64,000 nt of DNA from Eledone cirrhosa (GCA_964016885.1 OZ024740.1:383842001-383906000), one strand, 5' to 3'; shown: positions 16,742-33,900, numbered from the stretch's first letter. Numbers and translations are program-made. The notes: generated by a model not told the origin, from the letters alone.

Positions 16742-17069
16742 ATATTAACAAATGGAAACTATATTTATAAAACCATATTTATTTCATTATGCATATTCAA
16801 GGGTCACCAAGGCAAACTATGGTGCGCTTTCATCAGATAAAATATGATATAGGTTTGTTTTATAAATAAATATTGACATACCCTGAAAAAATGCAACCAT
16901 TATGGTTAGAATATCAATGCAACCATTCTGATTGGAATCTCCTGGAGATTCCGACCAGAATGGTTGCATTTTTTCAGGGTATGTCAATATTTATTTATAA
17001 AACTAACCTGTATAATGAAATAAATATGGTTTTATAAATATAGTTTCCATTTTTTAATATATTGTATAT
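16735..17069. repeat. Palindromic insert; left arm carries a degenerate HHR (16780-16844, minus)
   Basis: Inverted arms; minus strand tattttat-CTGATGA-aag..ctt-GAAT-atgca-TA-atgaaata with an 8-bp stem I. Confidence 0.7.
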
Positions 17070-18479
17070 TTACTCCAATAATTTGTTGAGTGCTTTATAT
17101 CAGTTATAAAAATATTTTGCTTGTTGTATCCCAACAAATTAAATATAATCTCTACATATATATATATTTATATATATATAGGCTTAAAAATGGAATGAGA
17201 GTAAGAAGAAAGCATGAACGGGGGGGGGGGGGAGTCCTCGTCAGTTGTCTCCTGGGGATCTCAGATATTTCAACGCTTTAGTGACAATATACCTAACCCC
17301 AGGCGTTCAATAACCGGGTAAGTTATTGGGAAAACGGATGAGAGAGAGAAGGAAAATAGAAGGGAAAAGGGGAAAAGAGAAAACTGCGACAGAAATACAA
17401 CAAACCAAAGAATGTGAAGCAACTGGAGAAAGAATCCAAGATCACAGCGGTAACAGAAATTAAGTTCGAGAGCCTGTGTATCGATCGAAAAAGGCGACTG
17501 ACCCAAGCGGGTGTGAGTCAGAAAAAGACTGCTAGAAGGTCAGGCGAGGGAAAACAATGAGGTGGCAGGCAGAGAGAGGGTGAGTGAAAGTGAGAGGGTG
17601 ATTCGACTGTTTCAATTTCCAGCAGAGAACAAGGCAAGCACTGGTAGTTGTCCTCCCCACTCATTCTGTTACAATATTCATAGCTAGAAGGCTTTCCAAA
17701 TGTTTATTCGTAAACATACCATATATCATTAAGTATATGAAATTCACATAATTATGTGTATACAGCTCTCTCGTAGCGAAAAATGTAATTCTACTTTCAA
17801 TATGAGAGGGCTTGTACATCTCCTTATTCAAATGATGCTTATCAGACGATCTACATCGGAGAAGAAACTATGTTATTATTCGTAAATATACCATATATCT
17901 TTGGATATTTATATATATACACACAAACATATATATATATATATATAAGTCAACATTTCATAATTTACTTCTTTTATTACCGTTATATATATTTCGGTGA
18001 GAGCCACAATTCAACATAGAGGAAGATAGGGTGTCTATATATATACATTTGCTGGATCTTATTCCATATGAAGATTAAGTGTACATAGCCTGATGATATA
18101 CAATAGATTTTCAGATCAAGTTTTCGATCAAGCTTCTGTCCAAGCACATGCAAATGGCATATAAATACAGAAAATAGATTGAAAATCGATTATTGATATA
18201 TATAAATATATATATATATATTCCTCGTGAAACTTTTCGAAACTTGCACGTACCCACCTGTTCTCTCCTTAACTGAACTTTCCATTACCCGAGGAAGTTG
18301 TTCCATCAGAAGCGCCGAAAGCTCTTCTTTTCTTTCCAAGCATGATCCTAATAAGTCTTTGCATTTCTGTATCTCCGTGTTTGCTCGTTTATATTTCTAT
18401 ACTCATACATGTAAATATACGCATATGCATATTCACACACGTATCCGTGTGTGTGTGTGTGTGTGTGAATTTTGTATAG

Positions 18480-18499
18480 ACATATACATATATATATAT

Positions 18500-18545
<46 letters not shown>

Positions 18546-18550
18546 GTATA

Positions 18551-18606
<56 letters not shown>

Positions 18607-18609
18607 CAC

Positions 18610-18652
<43 letters not shown>

Positions 18653-18703
18653 TATACATATACATATATATATATACATATACATATACACATATACATA
18701 TAC

Positions 18704-18737
<34 letters not shown>

Positions 18738-18753
18738 ATATATACATATACAT

Positions 18754-18787
<34 letters not shown>

Positions 18788-18801
18788 ATATATACATATA
18801 C

Positions 18802-18862
<61 letters not shown>

Positions 18863-18877
18863 TATATATACATATAC

Positions 18878-18965
<88 letters not shown>

Positions 18966-19007
18966 ACATATATATATACACATATACATATATATATATA
19001 TATACAC

Positions 19008-19075
<68 letters not shown>

Positions 19076-19329
19076 ACATATATATATATACACATATACA
19101 TATATATATATATACACATATACATATATATATATATACACATATATATATATATATATATACACATATATATATACACATATACATATATATATATATA
19201 TACACATATACATATATATATATATATACACATATACATATATATATATATATTCACATATACATATATATACACATATACATATATATACACATATACA
19301 TATATATACACATATACATATATATACAC

Positions 19330-19384
<55 letters not shown>

Positions 19385-19388
19385 TATA

Positions 19389-19420
<32 letters not shown>

Positions 19421-19428
19421 CACATACA

Positions 19429-19462
<34 letters not shown>

Positions 19463-19471
19463 CACATATAC

Positions 19472-19502
<31 letters not shown>

Positions 19503-19533
19503 CACATATACATATATATATATACACATATAC

Positions 19534-19564
<31 letters not shown>

Positions 19565-19633
19565 CACATATACATATATATATATACACATATACATATA
19601 TATATATACACATATACATATATATATATACAC

Positions 19634-19722
<89 letters not shown>

Positions 19723-19743
19723 CACATATACATATATATATAT
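18480..19743. repeat. Compound (TA)n/(CA) microsatellite
   Basis: Seen directly. Confidence 0.97.
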
Positions 19744-21116
19744 GGGGGATTTGTATGCATGGATGTTGTGTGTTTGTGTGTTTAGATACAAAGAGAAATG
19801 CCGAGTTGGTAGACACGCTTCCATATAAATATTTGGTGTATATGTTTTTATGATATGCAACAACTTTTCAGTTCAAATTACCGATTAAGCTTCGAATTGT
19901 TGCGGCATCGGTTTTCAAAAACCTTGTTTTCTCATGGTGAAACATCCAATAGCGAACTGCATTATGGTTTTGTTAGTTCTTTGTGGAAAATGTTCACATT
20001 CCAGGAAAGTATTTTTCATTAGTTTCTATTAGTTTCTATTCCTAGAGTATATTTAATATCGATGTCTGTGCGATATATGAGGAATCTGTGCCAATTTATA
20101 ATTCGTAACGTATATCATTCGTTGTCTAATAATGCCAGGCGTTATAAGGTGGATAACATACAAATATATTTATTTCATATCAGAAGTGAAAGTAATGTTC
20201 ACCTACTCAAGGGAATGAAATGGTATTATTATTAACAGCTGAGAGAGAAAAATCTGTTCATGTGATAGATAAATAGACAACTAAATAGATAGAGAGTTAA
20301 AAAGAGAGGTAGTGAGTGAGAGAAACAGGGAGACCTCTCACTGTCTTATAAATATTTTCTTTCTGGCTGTTTCAAAACTGCTTCTAAAGAAATGCTTATC
20401 TCCTACTTCCTTATTGATAAACTGGTAAATTACAAATATCTTAACTGGTTAAGGATGTTGACATCTCGCTGGTAGATTTGAACAAATGAAGAATTGATTT
20501 CAGTACAGCAAACCAACTAAACTGTCGACAATTTCAACAAGAAAGATGTTGCCTTTATTGGTGAAATAACACGGCCGCTGAAATCCAAATATCTTTATTG
20601 TGGCTTCCAAGAATTTCAATTTTCAGCTATGCAATATATGCAAAGGAATTCCTTTTTTCAAAATGTTAAATAGTATTCAAAATTCAATACAAAACTGATT
20701 CTGTTTCTATATAAACTTCTGCCTTCTGCCATGCTATACAAGATAAATATATTCACCTTTCTATTATTAGGCCTGCACTATTCTGAAAATACTTTTGCAA
20801 TTAAAATTAATGTTTAAGATCTATTAGTAAAAGAATGTTTAACAATCTTCTATGAAATGTTTAGATCCCTGGTAAAATAGAAAGTTGCCCATTGATTTCA
20901 CTAAGATAGATTACAAATATGTCTACTCCAACTGCATTGTTATAAAATGGTTATGGGGTTTAAATCTCTTATTTACTGTTCTTCTCCAGCTCACAAAGGC
21001 AGTTTCAACCTTGAAACATTAAGGATGGTCTTGCTTGGTTGCATATTTTGACATTCACCGTATTCAGAAAAAGAAACCCATCCCATAGCACTCACGCTGT
21101 CCCTCACTTTACATAT

Positions 21117-21227
21117 CTATCTCCCTTACGGCGTCGATAAAGTAATGTACCAGTAACTTACTGCGGTAGAACTGATCGACATTTCCATCCCCCAAAATGG
21201 CTGGCCTTGTGCCTAAAATCAGATACC

Positions 21228-21230
<3 letters not shown>
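21117..21230 (+). mobile_element. SINE family A, 3' fragment
   Basis: ccttacggcgtcgataaagtaatgtaccagt...ctggccttgtgcctaaa. Confidence 0.65.
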
Positions 21231-21286
<56 letters not shown>

Positions 21287-21413
21287 TGATCCAGAGTTGG
21301 GTCGTTGTTAATCACAGTAGATAAGGTATACAATACATACGAATGAAACAGTTCTAGTCATCTAGAAAACTCTTCTATATAAACACGTCTCTCGTTCCCT
21401 CTCTCTCTCTCTC

Positions 21414-21446
<33 letters not shown>

Positions 21447-21493
21447 ATATAAATATATATCGAGGGAGAGAGAGGGAACGAGAGACATGGGTT

Positions 21494-22270
<777 letters not shown>

Positions 22271-22965
22271 TAATAATGGAGCTGCGGCGTTGCAAATGGG
22301 TTACATATGAAAAAGTTTGTCCTCATCAGTGGCCATCCAACAGTCGTAGGCATTTCGTCGCATTAAAGGCCATATACCTCAGGTTGGTGCGAGCAACGGC
22401 TAAAAAAAAATTGTTGGGACACGTAAATAAAGGGGACGCTAGGGTAAACAAACAAAATGGTTTAAGCAGCAGAAAGAGAGGAAGAAGGAAACAAGTCCCA
22501 GATTTCTATGAATATAAATTCGGTGGAATCGTGAACGAGAGAATAAAGACCATCAAACCTGGTTGAAATGTGAGCAAGGAAAGAATTTCGCACAGGTCTA
22601 ACGGGAGGAAGAAGGGGTCTGGTCTGCGAATTCGGTAAACATAAGTTCTGTGAAGTCGCAGACGAGAGAGAGAAAAAACATTTATACCGGCTTGGCCAAG
22701 TGCCCACGAGAAAAGGATTACGGACAGGTCAAACGGGAAGAAAGGGGAGGAGGAGAGGTAGTGACAGAGAGTTATTAGACATATTACAATCTGGCTTGAG
22801 GCACGATCGATGCAATGATCAAACTTGACTCAGAAATTGCAAGATCCTCAGATATGTCTCGATTTTGTGTGTGTGTGTGTGTGTTTTCCATGTTGGGCAA
22901 GTAAAAAATAAGTGACAATTACCTTAGTATGGAGGTTCTGTACCCTTTTCGCTACCACGTAAATG

Positions 22966-23399
22966 AAACGGAAAAAAATGAAACGAAATTTCATTTCTCA
23001 CTCTTAGTACGGCTGTTACTTAAATATAAGTATGTATTACATAGATATATGTATACAGACGTACAGTAGTATGTATATATATACATACATGCACACATAT
23101 ATATATGTAAGTATGGATTCACCGAACATTTATTATAATGCCGGGTGTGCTTGAAAACAAACATCCCGAATTAAGCCGTACAGTGTCTAGCAACCATCGT
23201 TGCTCATTTGTTCAACACTGACAAAGGAACACTATACTAGTTTCAAGCTTGAAACTTCCTTTGTCAGTGTTGAACAAATGAGCAACGATGGTTGGTAGAC
23301 TCTATACCGCTTAATTCGGGATGTTTGTTTACAAGCACACCGGGCATTATAATAAATGTTCGGTGAATCCATACGTACATATATATATGTGTGCATGTA

Positions 23400-23457
<58 letters not shown>

Positions 23458-23504
23458 CTACTGTACGTCTGTATACATATATGTATGTACGTATACATAC
23501 TTAT
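22966..23504. mobile_element. Foldback copy of the ~422-bp HHR family
   Basis: Both arms match the 33901-35635 unit; axis gtttcAAGCTTgaaac at 23240-23255. Confidence 0.85.
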
Positions 23505-23544
23505 ATATATATATATAGATATGTATATATATATATACACACAC

Positions 23545-23667
<123 letters not shown>

Positions 23668-25578
23668 TAGAGAGAGTGAGAGAAGGTCATGTTGCCAGTA
23701 AGAACCCACGCACCAGTCTACTTCCAAGTCGTTTTTTATTATTATTTCCTTTATTTCCTCAAACATTCTGCGACCTCATCAATGATTATTGGTATTCCTC
23801 TGTGCCTTCTCTTCATTCTGTTTTAATTTTGTCTACTCTATCTTCCTTTTCTGTGGTTCGGTAATAGCAACCAATAATAGCTATAATTTTCACTGAGAAT
23901 AATTCTAACTGATAAATTATCATTTTTCTTTTTAACTCATCCTTATTATATTGAATATATTATAATTCCTCACAGGCAATTTTAGCTAATACATTTAGTC
24001 GACATTTTGTTTTTTCTTTTGTATTTCATTTACAGTACGTTGTTTGCTTGCAAACATTCGATATTGTATTTGAAATATCCGAATTCATTTAATTTCACGC
24101 TGCCTCAAAACAACAACGTATACATTTATAACTGTTTATTTTTATTGTCTGCCCTTAATACAATAATATTTTTTGTAGGTCTAGACATTCTCTACAAATG
24201 AAAACAATTAGTGCTTATTTTCCGTATTAACAAAAGCAAAACAATTTTTTTGTTCTTAAAATATTTGTGTAATTAAATGCAAAATAGAATAGCAAACTAA
24301 TGAGTATATTGATAATTATATTTCTAAACTGTACCGAGCTTTTTAAAGCAAACTGGACATAAAACAGCACTTTAGTTAGTGTACATATTACTAATTTTCA
24401 TGCAATAGGCATAATCATCACCTATATCCACTTTTTTATACTGTATTATAATGTCATCTTTACTAATCAAAATAATGTAATTCGTGATCTAAACTACTAC
24501 GATCAGCACCGTATAACGAATAACAAGCTTACCGGAATAATATGTTTAAGAAACAATGAGTGTCTTTCTTTATTCTTATCGTTGTGCCCTGGCTAAAGGA
24601 CATTCACACTTTATCATCGTTTTTGCCTTTTCATATATAATGTATCGAAATCTACGCTATCCACTGTGTCCATCATTTTATAACGATACAGCATGTTTCA
24701 AAGGAAATGTATTGAATGTCAAGTGATCGAGTTGAGACATCTCTCTTAACTGGCATCGACAATTTAGTAGATGGAAAATAATTTAAAACAATATATCTCT
24801 TTAATATGAATTAGACGTCCATGAGATGTCTTCCAGAATATATATTTTGGAATGGATACGCCAGCACATGATCACATCCAACAATTGGCCACTATGTTTG
24901 CATTCTTGCAACTGACGTAGCAAACTACATATCACATTGATAAGAGATTGATCAAGTTAAATTGCATACAAATGTTTTAAGAGAATTTCGGAAATAATTA
25001 ATTCAGTTTATCTACAGCAGCAATGTCGGTGGGTTTCCAGTAATGAATACTTACTGATTTAATTATCTATATCTGCTAAAATTATTCTTGTTGGTCCCTC
25101 ATTTGTGGAGATCATTCAAACATATTATGATGTATATCCTAATTGGTGGTTACCTTAATGACATGATGCAATGATGCAATGATGCAATCATAAGTTGTTG
25201 ATGAACAGAAATATTTCACTGTTATATATTTCTAAATTAAAATATTTCTAAAAATCCCATTTGGTGATGGAATGTCATAACAATCGAGTGTCACAGATTT
25301 CTAGTACCACAGCTTCCCAGTGTCACACTTTCTAGTGAAACAATTTCGCAACGCTAACGTGGAATTTCATAGAATATCTCATGCTTTTTGTCAATGCATG
25401 TAATTTCATTCACAACATAATTGAATTTATTTATCATGCAAACTCAGATAAATTACGTTATGATTAATTTGCCCAATTTTATAGTTGCATTACAATCAGA
25501 TATTGGTCCTTCCGCATAACGATGTAATTTTAATTTACCCGAAGTTTACCGTACATTTCAGTATATAGCCCGCCCCCT

Positions 25579-25628
<50 letters not shown>

Positions 25629-25810
25629 TATTTATTTTGTCAATGGTTGTAATTATATTCATTTTATAATTGCGTTCATTCATCATCCGCCAATAAATAT
25701 TACGTGATTCAAATTTCGTAATTAAGGATTTGAGTTAAAATAAGATATCTATACGTCAGCACAACGCCCAAGTCGTATACATTCCATATCAAGATTATAT
25801 CAGGATATGT

Positions 25811-26075
25811 CATTATATATATATATGTATATCTAGTTAATAAATAAAACAAACAAAACACAGGAAGCAACTTTACGCAGTTATATTAGATTATATGTAA
25901 AAAGAGATAGCGAGTGAGAGGGGAGCGAGAGAATGTTACACTCTTTCTTACATTCTCTCGCTCCCCTCTCACTCGCTATCTCTTTTTACATATAATCTAA
26001 TATAACTGCGTAAAGTTGCTTCCTGTGTTTTGTTTGTTTTATTTATTAACTAGATATACATATATATATATAATG
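25811..26075. repeat. Perfect 126-bp inverted repeat with 13-nt spacer
   Basis: Arms 25811-25936 and 25950-26075 read as exact reverse complements. Confidence 0.92.
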
Positions 26076-26949
26076 AAAGAGTGTATAGTAAGATAGATAA
26101 TTCATACGCACAGTTCACATAAAAAAAATAGTAGTTAAATTTCCACGGTCATAAATGTTCGTTGCAACCGGATACAAGCTATCTCAATATTTATATCTAC
26201 ACTTACATTAAGTTTTTTTAAACTCTGATCTTCAGCTTAGTGTTGTAACGGACTATATTCAATCCAGGAACATTTGTTTCTAAACAAATCACACACAATA
26301 TTTCTAAGTTGAGCAAATTTAAAAGTAATAAATTCACATTGCATTTATGATGTCACTAAACTAAAACATGAGGAATGAGATGGGGAAAACTTCCAACAAA
26401 TCCTTGGTGATATATCATTGATGAAGACTACGTAATAGCAGTTAATCAACAGCTGAGTGATCACAATCAAAAGTATCTGGGACTCTACTCGCTGCTGTTG
26501 TTGTGTTAAGTTGTGATTGTGGTGTTGGTGATTGTAAATCATTTTGTTGTTGGTATTCTTGTTTTTCTTTGTTTCTTATCCTCGCAAACATTTTATAAGT
26601 ATTGCCCATGTGTTTGAATCCAATTTTATTAATTTGGGTTTTGTAATTTACATAGGTTATGTTTGTATTTTCAATGTCTTAGCGTGTAGATCCATTACAG
26701 AGAAGGATTCTATTTTATTTCTTATTCTTTTCGGAGCCTAGATTCAGGAAAGCGAGGACGCCCTAAGAGCATGCATGAGGCGTAGATTGCCATAGCTGAA
26801 TGGTCTATCCTAAGAGTTTTATGCACATATGTCAGACATCTTCGCCGATGTACACGTTGATGTATACTGCAACTGGCAGCAGATCGCGAGAATCGCGAGG
26901 TTTGTAGGTCGGTGAGTAACAGCGCTAATGAAGAAAATCTCGAACAAGG

Positions 26950-27410
26950 CAGACACCATTCATAATTATTTCCGGCCCATATTCTTACTTAACACAGAGC
27001 TTAAGATTCGGGGCAAGGTGCTAGGATAGAGGTTGGTCTTTCACCTCAACCGTCTCATCGAAGAAGCGCAAGAAAATATCTACTTCAAATGCGACTTCAT
27101 AGAGAGGGTACGGATTAAAGTTTAGATCAATCGAAAGGATACGACGGGGTATCCCATATCTTTGGAAGTTGTCTACAGGTTAGCCTGTTTCAGTTTCGTC
27201 TTCAAATGCTGGATCGCTTCAATGCACAGCGGCATCTACACAGTGGTCAGAATTAAAGGCCACATACCAGAATCATTACGGATCACGTGCTCGATCCGTC
27301 AAGGATGTCCTATCACTTCGCTTCTCTATGTACTAACTCGTGAGCCACTACTTCGAAAGCTGGAGATGTAGAAGAGTATCCCGCTGGAACTGGAATATGG
27401 AAGCGCTGCA
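26950..27410 (+). pseudogene. L1/Tx1-type LINE reverse transcriptase remnant
   Basis: FRPIFLLNTELKI.GKVL and SIRQGCPITSLLYVLTREPL resemble RPISLLN.D.KI and RQGCPLSPLL..L..EPL. Confidence 0.75.
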
Positions 27411-28399
27411 TCGATATAAGGACTTATGGAGTTTTGTCGAACAGCTATTATTGCGTGTAAGAGGGATCCGGCTTTGATTTAATTCCATCTTGAAGATTAC
27501 CACACCACCTTCTTTTTCTCAGATAGGGCAGCTAAATTTTCTCTACCTGGAGGCTGTGACTTAAGGGGTTATAAAGCGGTCGCGAAAAAAACGACTGAAA
27601 GGAACATTTTCCTTTTCAGCTAAGTCTTGAAATATTTTCTAATTCCACTTGGAAAGGAAGCTGGGGTAGCGAGTGACATGTAGCCCCCTACTACATTTAT
27701 TAAAGTTGCGTAAATCTTGCGAGGAAGGCCTGGGTGATTTATTGCGTAAATCTTGCGAGGAAGGCCTGAGTTGCACAATTCAGAGATAAAAGGGGCGCTG
27801 TTTGGTGTCTGTGGGTTTCTTAAACGAACCATGGGTAATACCGCCCCATTGTTTAATGTTGTTGTTTTACACTGTTGATAATGTTGATTGTTTTCTCTAC
27901 TACCACATTTCTCCCTAACCAACCCCACTGTCACCACTACCAACACTACTGCAGCTTCAATAGCCGGCAATAATTTCATCAAGAACAGTAAGTCTACTAC
28001 AACAGAGAGTCTGCCATCGGCGACATTATTAACAACTACAGTGAAAATAAAGACAAAGAAATACACATTAACGCTACAAATAATAAAAAAATACTACCAA
28101 AATTAAAAATACCCTAAAAAAGATTGCAATCAGACACTGACACAGGAAAATATATTAAGGCTAGCCGAAAAAATAACAGTTGAATAAATAACAATATTAA
28201 ATGAAATAAAGACAATAACGCTACCGATATTAACATCAACAATCACAACAAAATCCTACAAGATGGATGTAACAAAATCAATAGAGAAAGTTAAAGGGTG
28301 AATAGTATCTCCAGCAGCATCAGCAGGAAGAGTTTTAACGATAGCAAAAATATCATCATACCAAGTGTGTGTTACGCCACGTTCGTTAATGGCAGCAAG

Positions 28400-28790
28400 A
28401 GAACATCCTCTACAGTATCGGTGTGGTGTCGGACACTACGCTTTAAGACATAGAATTATGGGCCTTTACATTCTGATTTCAAATTCCTCCGAGGATAGCT
28501 TTGTTCTTCGTTCATTCGATAGAATTAAGTACTAGCAACGACTTTCCCTTCCCACAAAATGTTTGGCTTTGTGCTTAAATCAGACACCATTATTATGATA
28601 CATGGGCCGTAGATTGGCAGTATCGGTAGAGAGCCGGGCATCAAGCTTTTCAGCATAGAGTTACGGCCCTTTATGATCTGAGTTCAAATGCCGCCTAGGT
28701 TAACTTTGCCTTTCATAAGATAAAATAATGTACCAGTAATAAACTGGGGTAATTGTTGGCCTTGTGCCAAAAGTAGAAACAATTATTATG
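28400..28790 (+). mobile_element. Two adjacent SINE family A copies (decayed ~28400-28595; 28604-28786)
   Basis: attggcagtatcggtagag, gagttcaaat and ggccttgtgccaaaagtagaaacaatt shared with the other copies. Confidence 0.75.
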
Positions 28791-30780
28791 ATTCGATACC
28801 AGCTTGCCAGAACGCCTTACAGCTCTTAACACTTTGGAGAGTTTTACCGTTTCAGAATTCTTGAAAATATTTTTATTTATTTGAATTAATACAAAACTGA
28901 ACATGCTGAACAATGTAGAAGTTATTTCCATTAGAATAAACAAATGCGGGTGTATGTTGTTACATTTTTCTAAAGGTATTTGTACGTAAATAAGTCTGAA
29001 ACATGGGAAACAAATAATACTAACAATAAGAAAACAGAATATAAGCATTAACAAAATAACAAAAAGAACGCCTTCAACAAATAACAGAAAAACATGATTT
29101 TTTTATCACAAGTCACACATGTAAAAAGACAAATTTACAATAATACTGACTTTATTAACACTAATGGCAGCACGCAAACACACTGTCACACATACAAACG
29201 CAAGCATAGGTATACACAGAGGTACACATACACACACACAATCGCCACCGAGCAAACGCGCATTCAAGTCAGGAATTAGTTATTCTTCTTTGATTTCTAG
29301 CACTGATAGCAAGATACAAATCACCATAACGAAGGAACACGCCATCATTCTTGACCATGTTATTCATGTGTGAGAAATACTAAACATTTCTCATAACTCT
29401 CTCGCTAGGGAGACAAGGGTATTCGTTATACAAAATGAGATACAAGCTATAAGCAGAAGTCGTGGACTATTGGAAGAACATGACCACATTTGCCTTTGGT
29501 AAACTATACGGGTCTGTGAGTGTAACGAACGGAGCCAACAAACAGATCGAGCGCATTCTCTACACACTTGGGTATACACTTATGCCTAAAGTCCCAGGTG
29601 AGGTCAGGACGTCATGTGCCCTGGTTTCTGATCCCCTTTGTGGAACAGAATGCATATCAGGGAGTACAGACGCAATGTGATTGGATATGGACAGGATGAA
29701 CATAAAAATATTTACGATACCCCAAAGCCAGTAGGAAATTCCAGAACTATTGTAGGAGTGGGTTCAGAATGTAAGTTGCTGGCAATATAGTGTAAAGGAT
29801 GGTGTTGAGAAATTACACAAGGTAAAATAACACAAACTACAGCAATTCCGTCTCACAGAAGCAGAAAAAATTGGCAGAAGTCTGTTCGTTCCTTTGCCCA
29901 TGTATAGCCATTAAGGAGAATGAGCAGTATATAGCAAAGGGGTGGCGTATACAAGGTCAACAACGACGGCTATGAAGCTATCATGCATTCCATGGTCGTT
30001 CGAAAGTCGATCTAAAATGAATTAAATCGGATGACAAGTGATAATACTTTGAGGGAAACCATTTCAGAATATTACCACGACCTAAATCAGTTTTATTCGG
30101 TTATTTACTATAGTTGCTTATACAAATGTATATAAACCTCTTGCATCTGTGGAAATTCTACAGAATGCATAACCTTTACATCTTCATTATAGAATCTGGA
30201 TTAATATTTGTGTGGAGTTTTCTGTTTTCTTCCTCCATTAGAGTGATTCAGAATCAGCAACTTATTTATATTTCTTTTTGAAAATAAACTGATAGACTAA
30301 TTAAAGGTATAGGAATTTCAGTGCTGTGTTCTATTCGTTTTATATTTTATGTAGTAAAGAACTTTTGTTTGTATCTATTTGTAATGACTTATCTTGAATA
30401 AAATTGATAAATATCATTTTAAATTTACTATAAGTAAAAAGGGGCAATTCTAATGCCTTTATTAATTAAAGGTTTACATATTCAAAACCTAACGATTTCT
30501 AAAACAGTCAAAAGAAAAAGACATAACAAAAATATTTTTAAAACGGTGTGAACAAATCCGCGCTTAAAGGAATAATTGCTGCTACTGTTTCCCGGAATTT
30601 TAGTATTTGACAGACCGTCATGCAATAAAGTCAAAAAGTGTTATATTAAATTGTTTTGAAACATATAAATGTTTGTCCAATGAAGAAAAACAAGAATACT
30701 GAAAACAAATCAAAAATGAGAATAGCAAATATTTTCCCGTAAAAGGAATTACGCTATATATGCGTATATATATATATATA

Positions 30781-31905
<1,125 letters not shown>

Positions 31906-32437
31906 TTTGTTTATATATGAATGACAAAAAGAAAAGTACAAAACTATACATGAAGTGTTTCTACTAAACCTTCAATTTAAGACACAACCTACATATTTGA
32001 TAGGACTCCAGCTCACACCTTCTTCTTCTTTTGCTCCCCCTGGAACATTTGGCTGCGAGCCACACCCACATAACGCCATGTTCTGAGTCTGCTTTTCAAC
32101 TCCACCGTGATGCACGGTGCGTCATGGTGTATCTAACCATTTTTGTCGGTCTTACTACGGCTAATTCCTTCCAGAGAGAAAGAAAGAGATGGAAAAATCA
32201 GAGAAGATTCATCCCTGGAGGAATAAAAAAAAATGTTTACACTGCACATTTCATTTTTTCAAAGCTAAAGCTGCAGATCCAAAATCAGTAATTCAACTCC
32301 AGAAAACTTTCAATTATATGCTGTTCTAGCATGAATATTATGCTAAGTATAAGCTGTCCACAAAGTAAGATTTACTGTATATCCCCGCTCAAATAAACAC
32401 ATAAATACATGCATACATACATTAGAAAAGCGTTTTC

Positions 32438-32487
<50 letters not shown>

Positions 32488-32859
32488 CGAAACATAAGTC
32501 AATTGCATGAACTCATAATCCTTTATTTACTGCTTTATTTGTATGAAATTGTAAATAAGACAAACGTTTTAGAACAGGGTAAAATAACTCACCGAACGCG
32601 ATAGTTTTGGGGCCCCGGGGACCACATTTAGAAATTTGAAACCTCGTCTATTTGGTTCCTTGTCACGTTTTACATAGGTGTGTAAATTTTCATATCAGTC
32701 TGACAGCGTCTACTGCCATTTAACCGTGCACATCTGAATTCCAACCACCACGCATTTCACAAATATATATTAGATATAGTGAAAAATGGAACGGGAACAA
32801 AACAGAGTGGCAGTACAAACAAAGGCTTATTAGTTTCACGCTCTTGAGAGTGGCGGGAG

Positions 32860-32889
32860 GACATTTCGGGCATAAGGGCCCTTCTTCGG
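32860..32889 (-). ncRNA. Degenerate Penelope-type minimal HHR in a pLTR remnant (~32780-33120)
   Basis: CCGAAGA-agggcccttatgccc-GAAA-tg-TC; U4 changed to C and stem I does not pair. Confidence 0.45.
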
Positions 32890-33119
32890 GCGAAAAGTGG
32901 GTGGGAAGAGAGTTCCGAGGATGTGTAGGGGAGTGGAGGAGTGACATTTAGAAATAAAAGGGTGGAAGGGGTACAAATAACAAAAATAAAAATAAAAATA
33001 AAAATAAACATGAATATATGTGTTTGGGGTGGGGTGTAGGTCGGTGCGGATGGAGAGGAAACACAGTGGGGGAGATAGCATTGTTATTTTTATAGAGACG
33101 GGCTGATACCGCCCCACCC

Positions 33120-33885
33120 TCACACCCCACTTGCCGACTAAGTTAGTGGAAACCCCAGCTTACATAGGTAGATGTATATCTTTTCTTTTCTTTTCCTCAT
33201 TGTCTTCTTATTCCCCCTGTCTCATCCTATCACTTCCTTCCACCTCCTATTTTCTTCCTCGTCTGCTTTTCCCCTTTCGCCTACCCCGATTCAGCCCATC
33301 GGGCCTCTGTAGCATCAGGTCCCCCACTCCTGTAATTTTAAGATAGAATTGGCCGAATACGTGTTATTAACTACTTAGAGCAGACTTGTTAAACCCCTTT
33401 TATTTTTGTATTAGTTTTGGTACTATTCAATTTCTACAAGATTTTTCTATACTCAACTTATTAACCTGTAATTGTAAGATAGCATTGTGATTTTTATTTT
33501 TATTCATTTAGCACTATCTAATTTTATATATTTTTTTATTTCTTCTATTATCTTTTATTGTCTCCTACTCTCATTCGATTTACCTATTCTATAACCTCCG
33601 TCCTCCACTTCATACACTATCCTAAGACTCTGCTGTATACATATCACTTTCAACGCTTGACAGCTCCACTCACTCCCCTGTTGTTCTACAGGCAGAGTTA
33701 AGCCACCCTACCTCCCACCAAATACCATGATCGACTTATTTGTCTTTTGCAACAAATTTTAACCAATCCTCTTGACAACTACAATCTTCCCATATAAGGA
33801 AGTACCCCCAGGCTAAAAATTCTAATTTAGTCCAGAAATAGCCGTCGAAATGGCTTGAGCTCTGCCGTCGGGGTCATGCTTTTTC
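33120..33885 (+). mobile_element. 3' UTR/pLTR of a diverged PLE1 relative
   Basis: acacccc.cttgccgact, gatagaattggccga, accaatcc..ttgacaa and gccgtcGAAAtggcttgagctctgccgTCggggt match PLE1 in the opposite orientation; the CUGA core is deleted. Confidence 0.75.
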
Positions 33886-33900
33886 CTATATATATATATG

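Noticed and set aside
16139-21000. Additional minus-strand exon candidates (~16140-16290, 20340-20580, 20755-21010)
   Set aside because: The plausible frames contain stops; not supportable.
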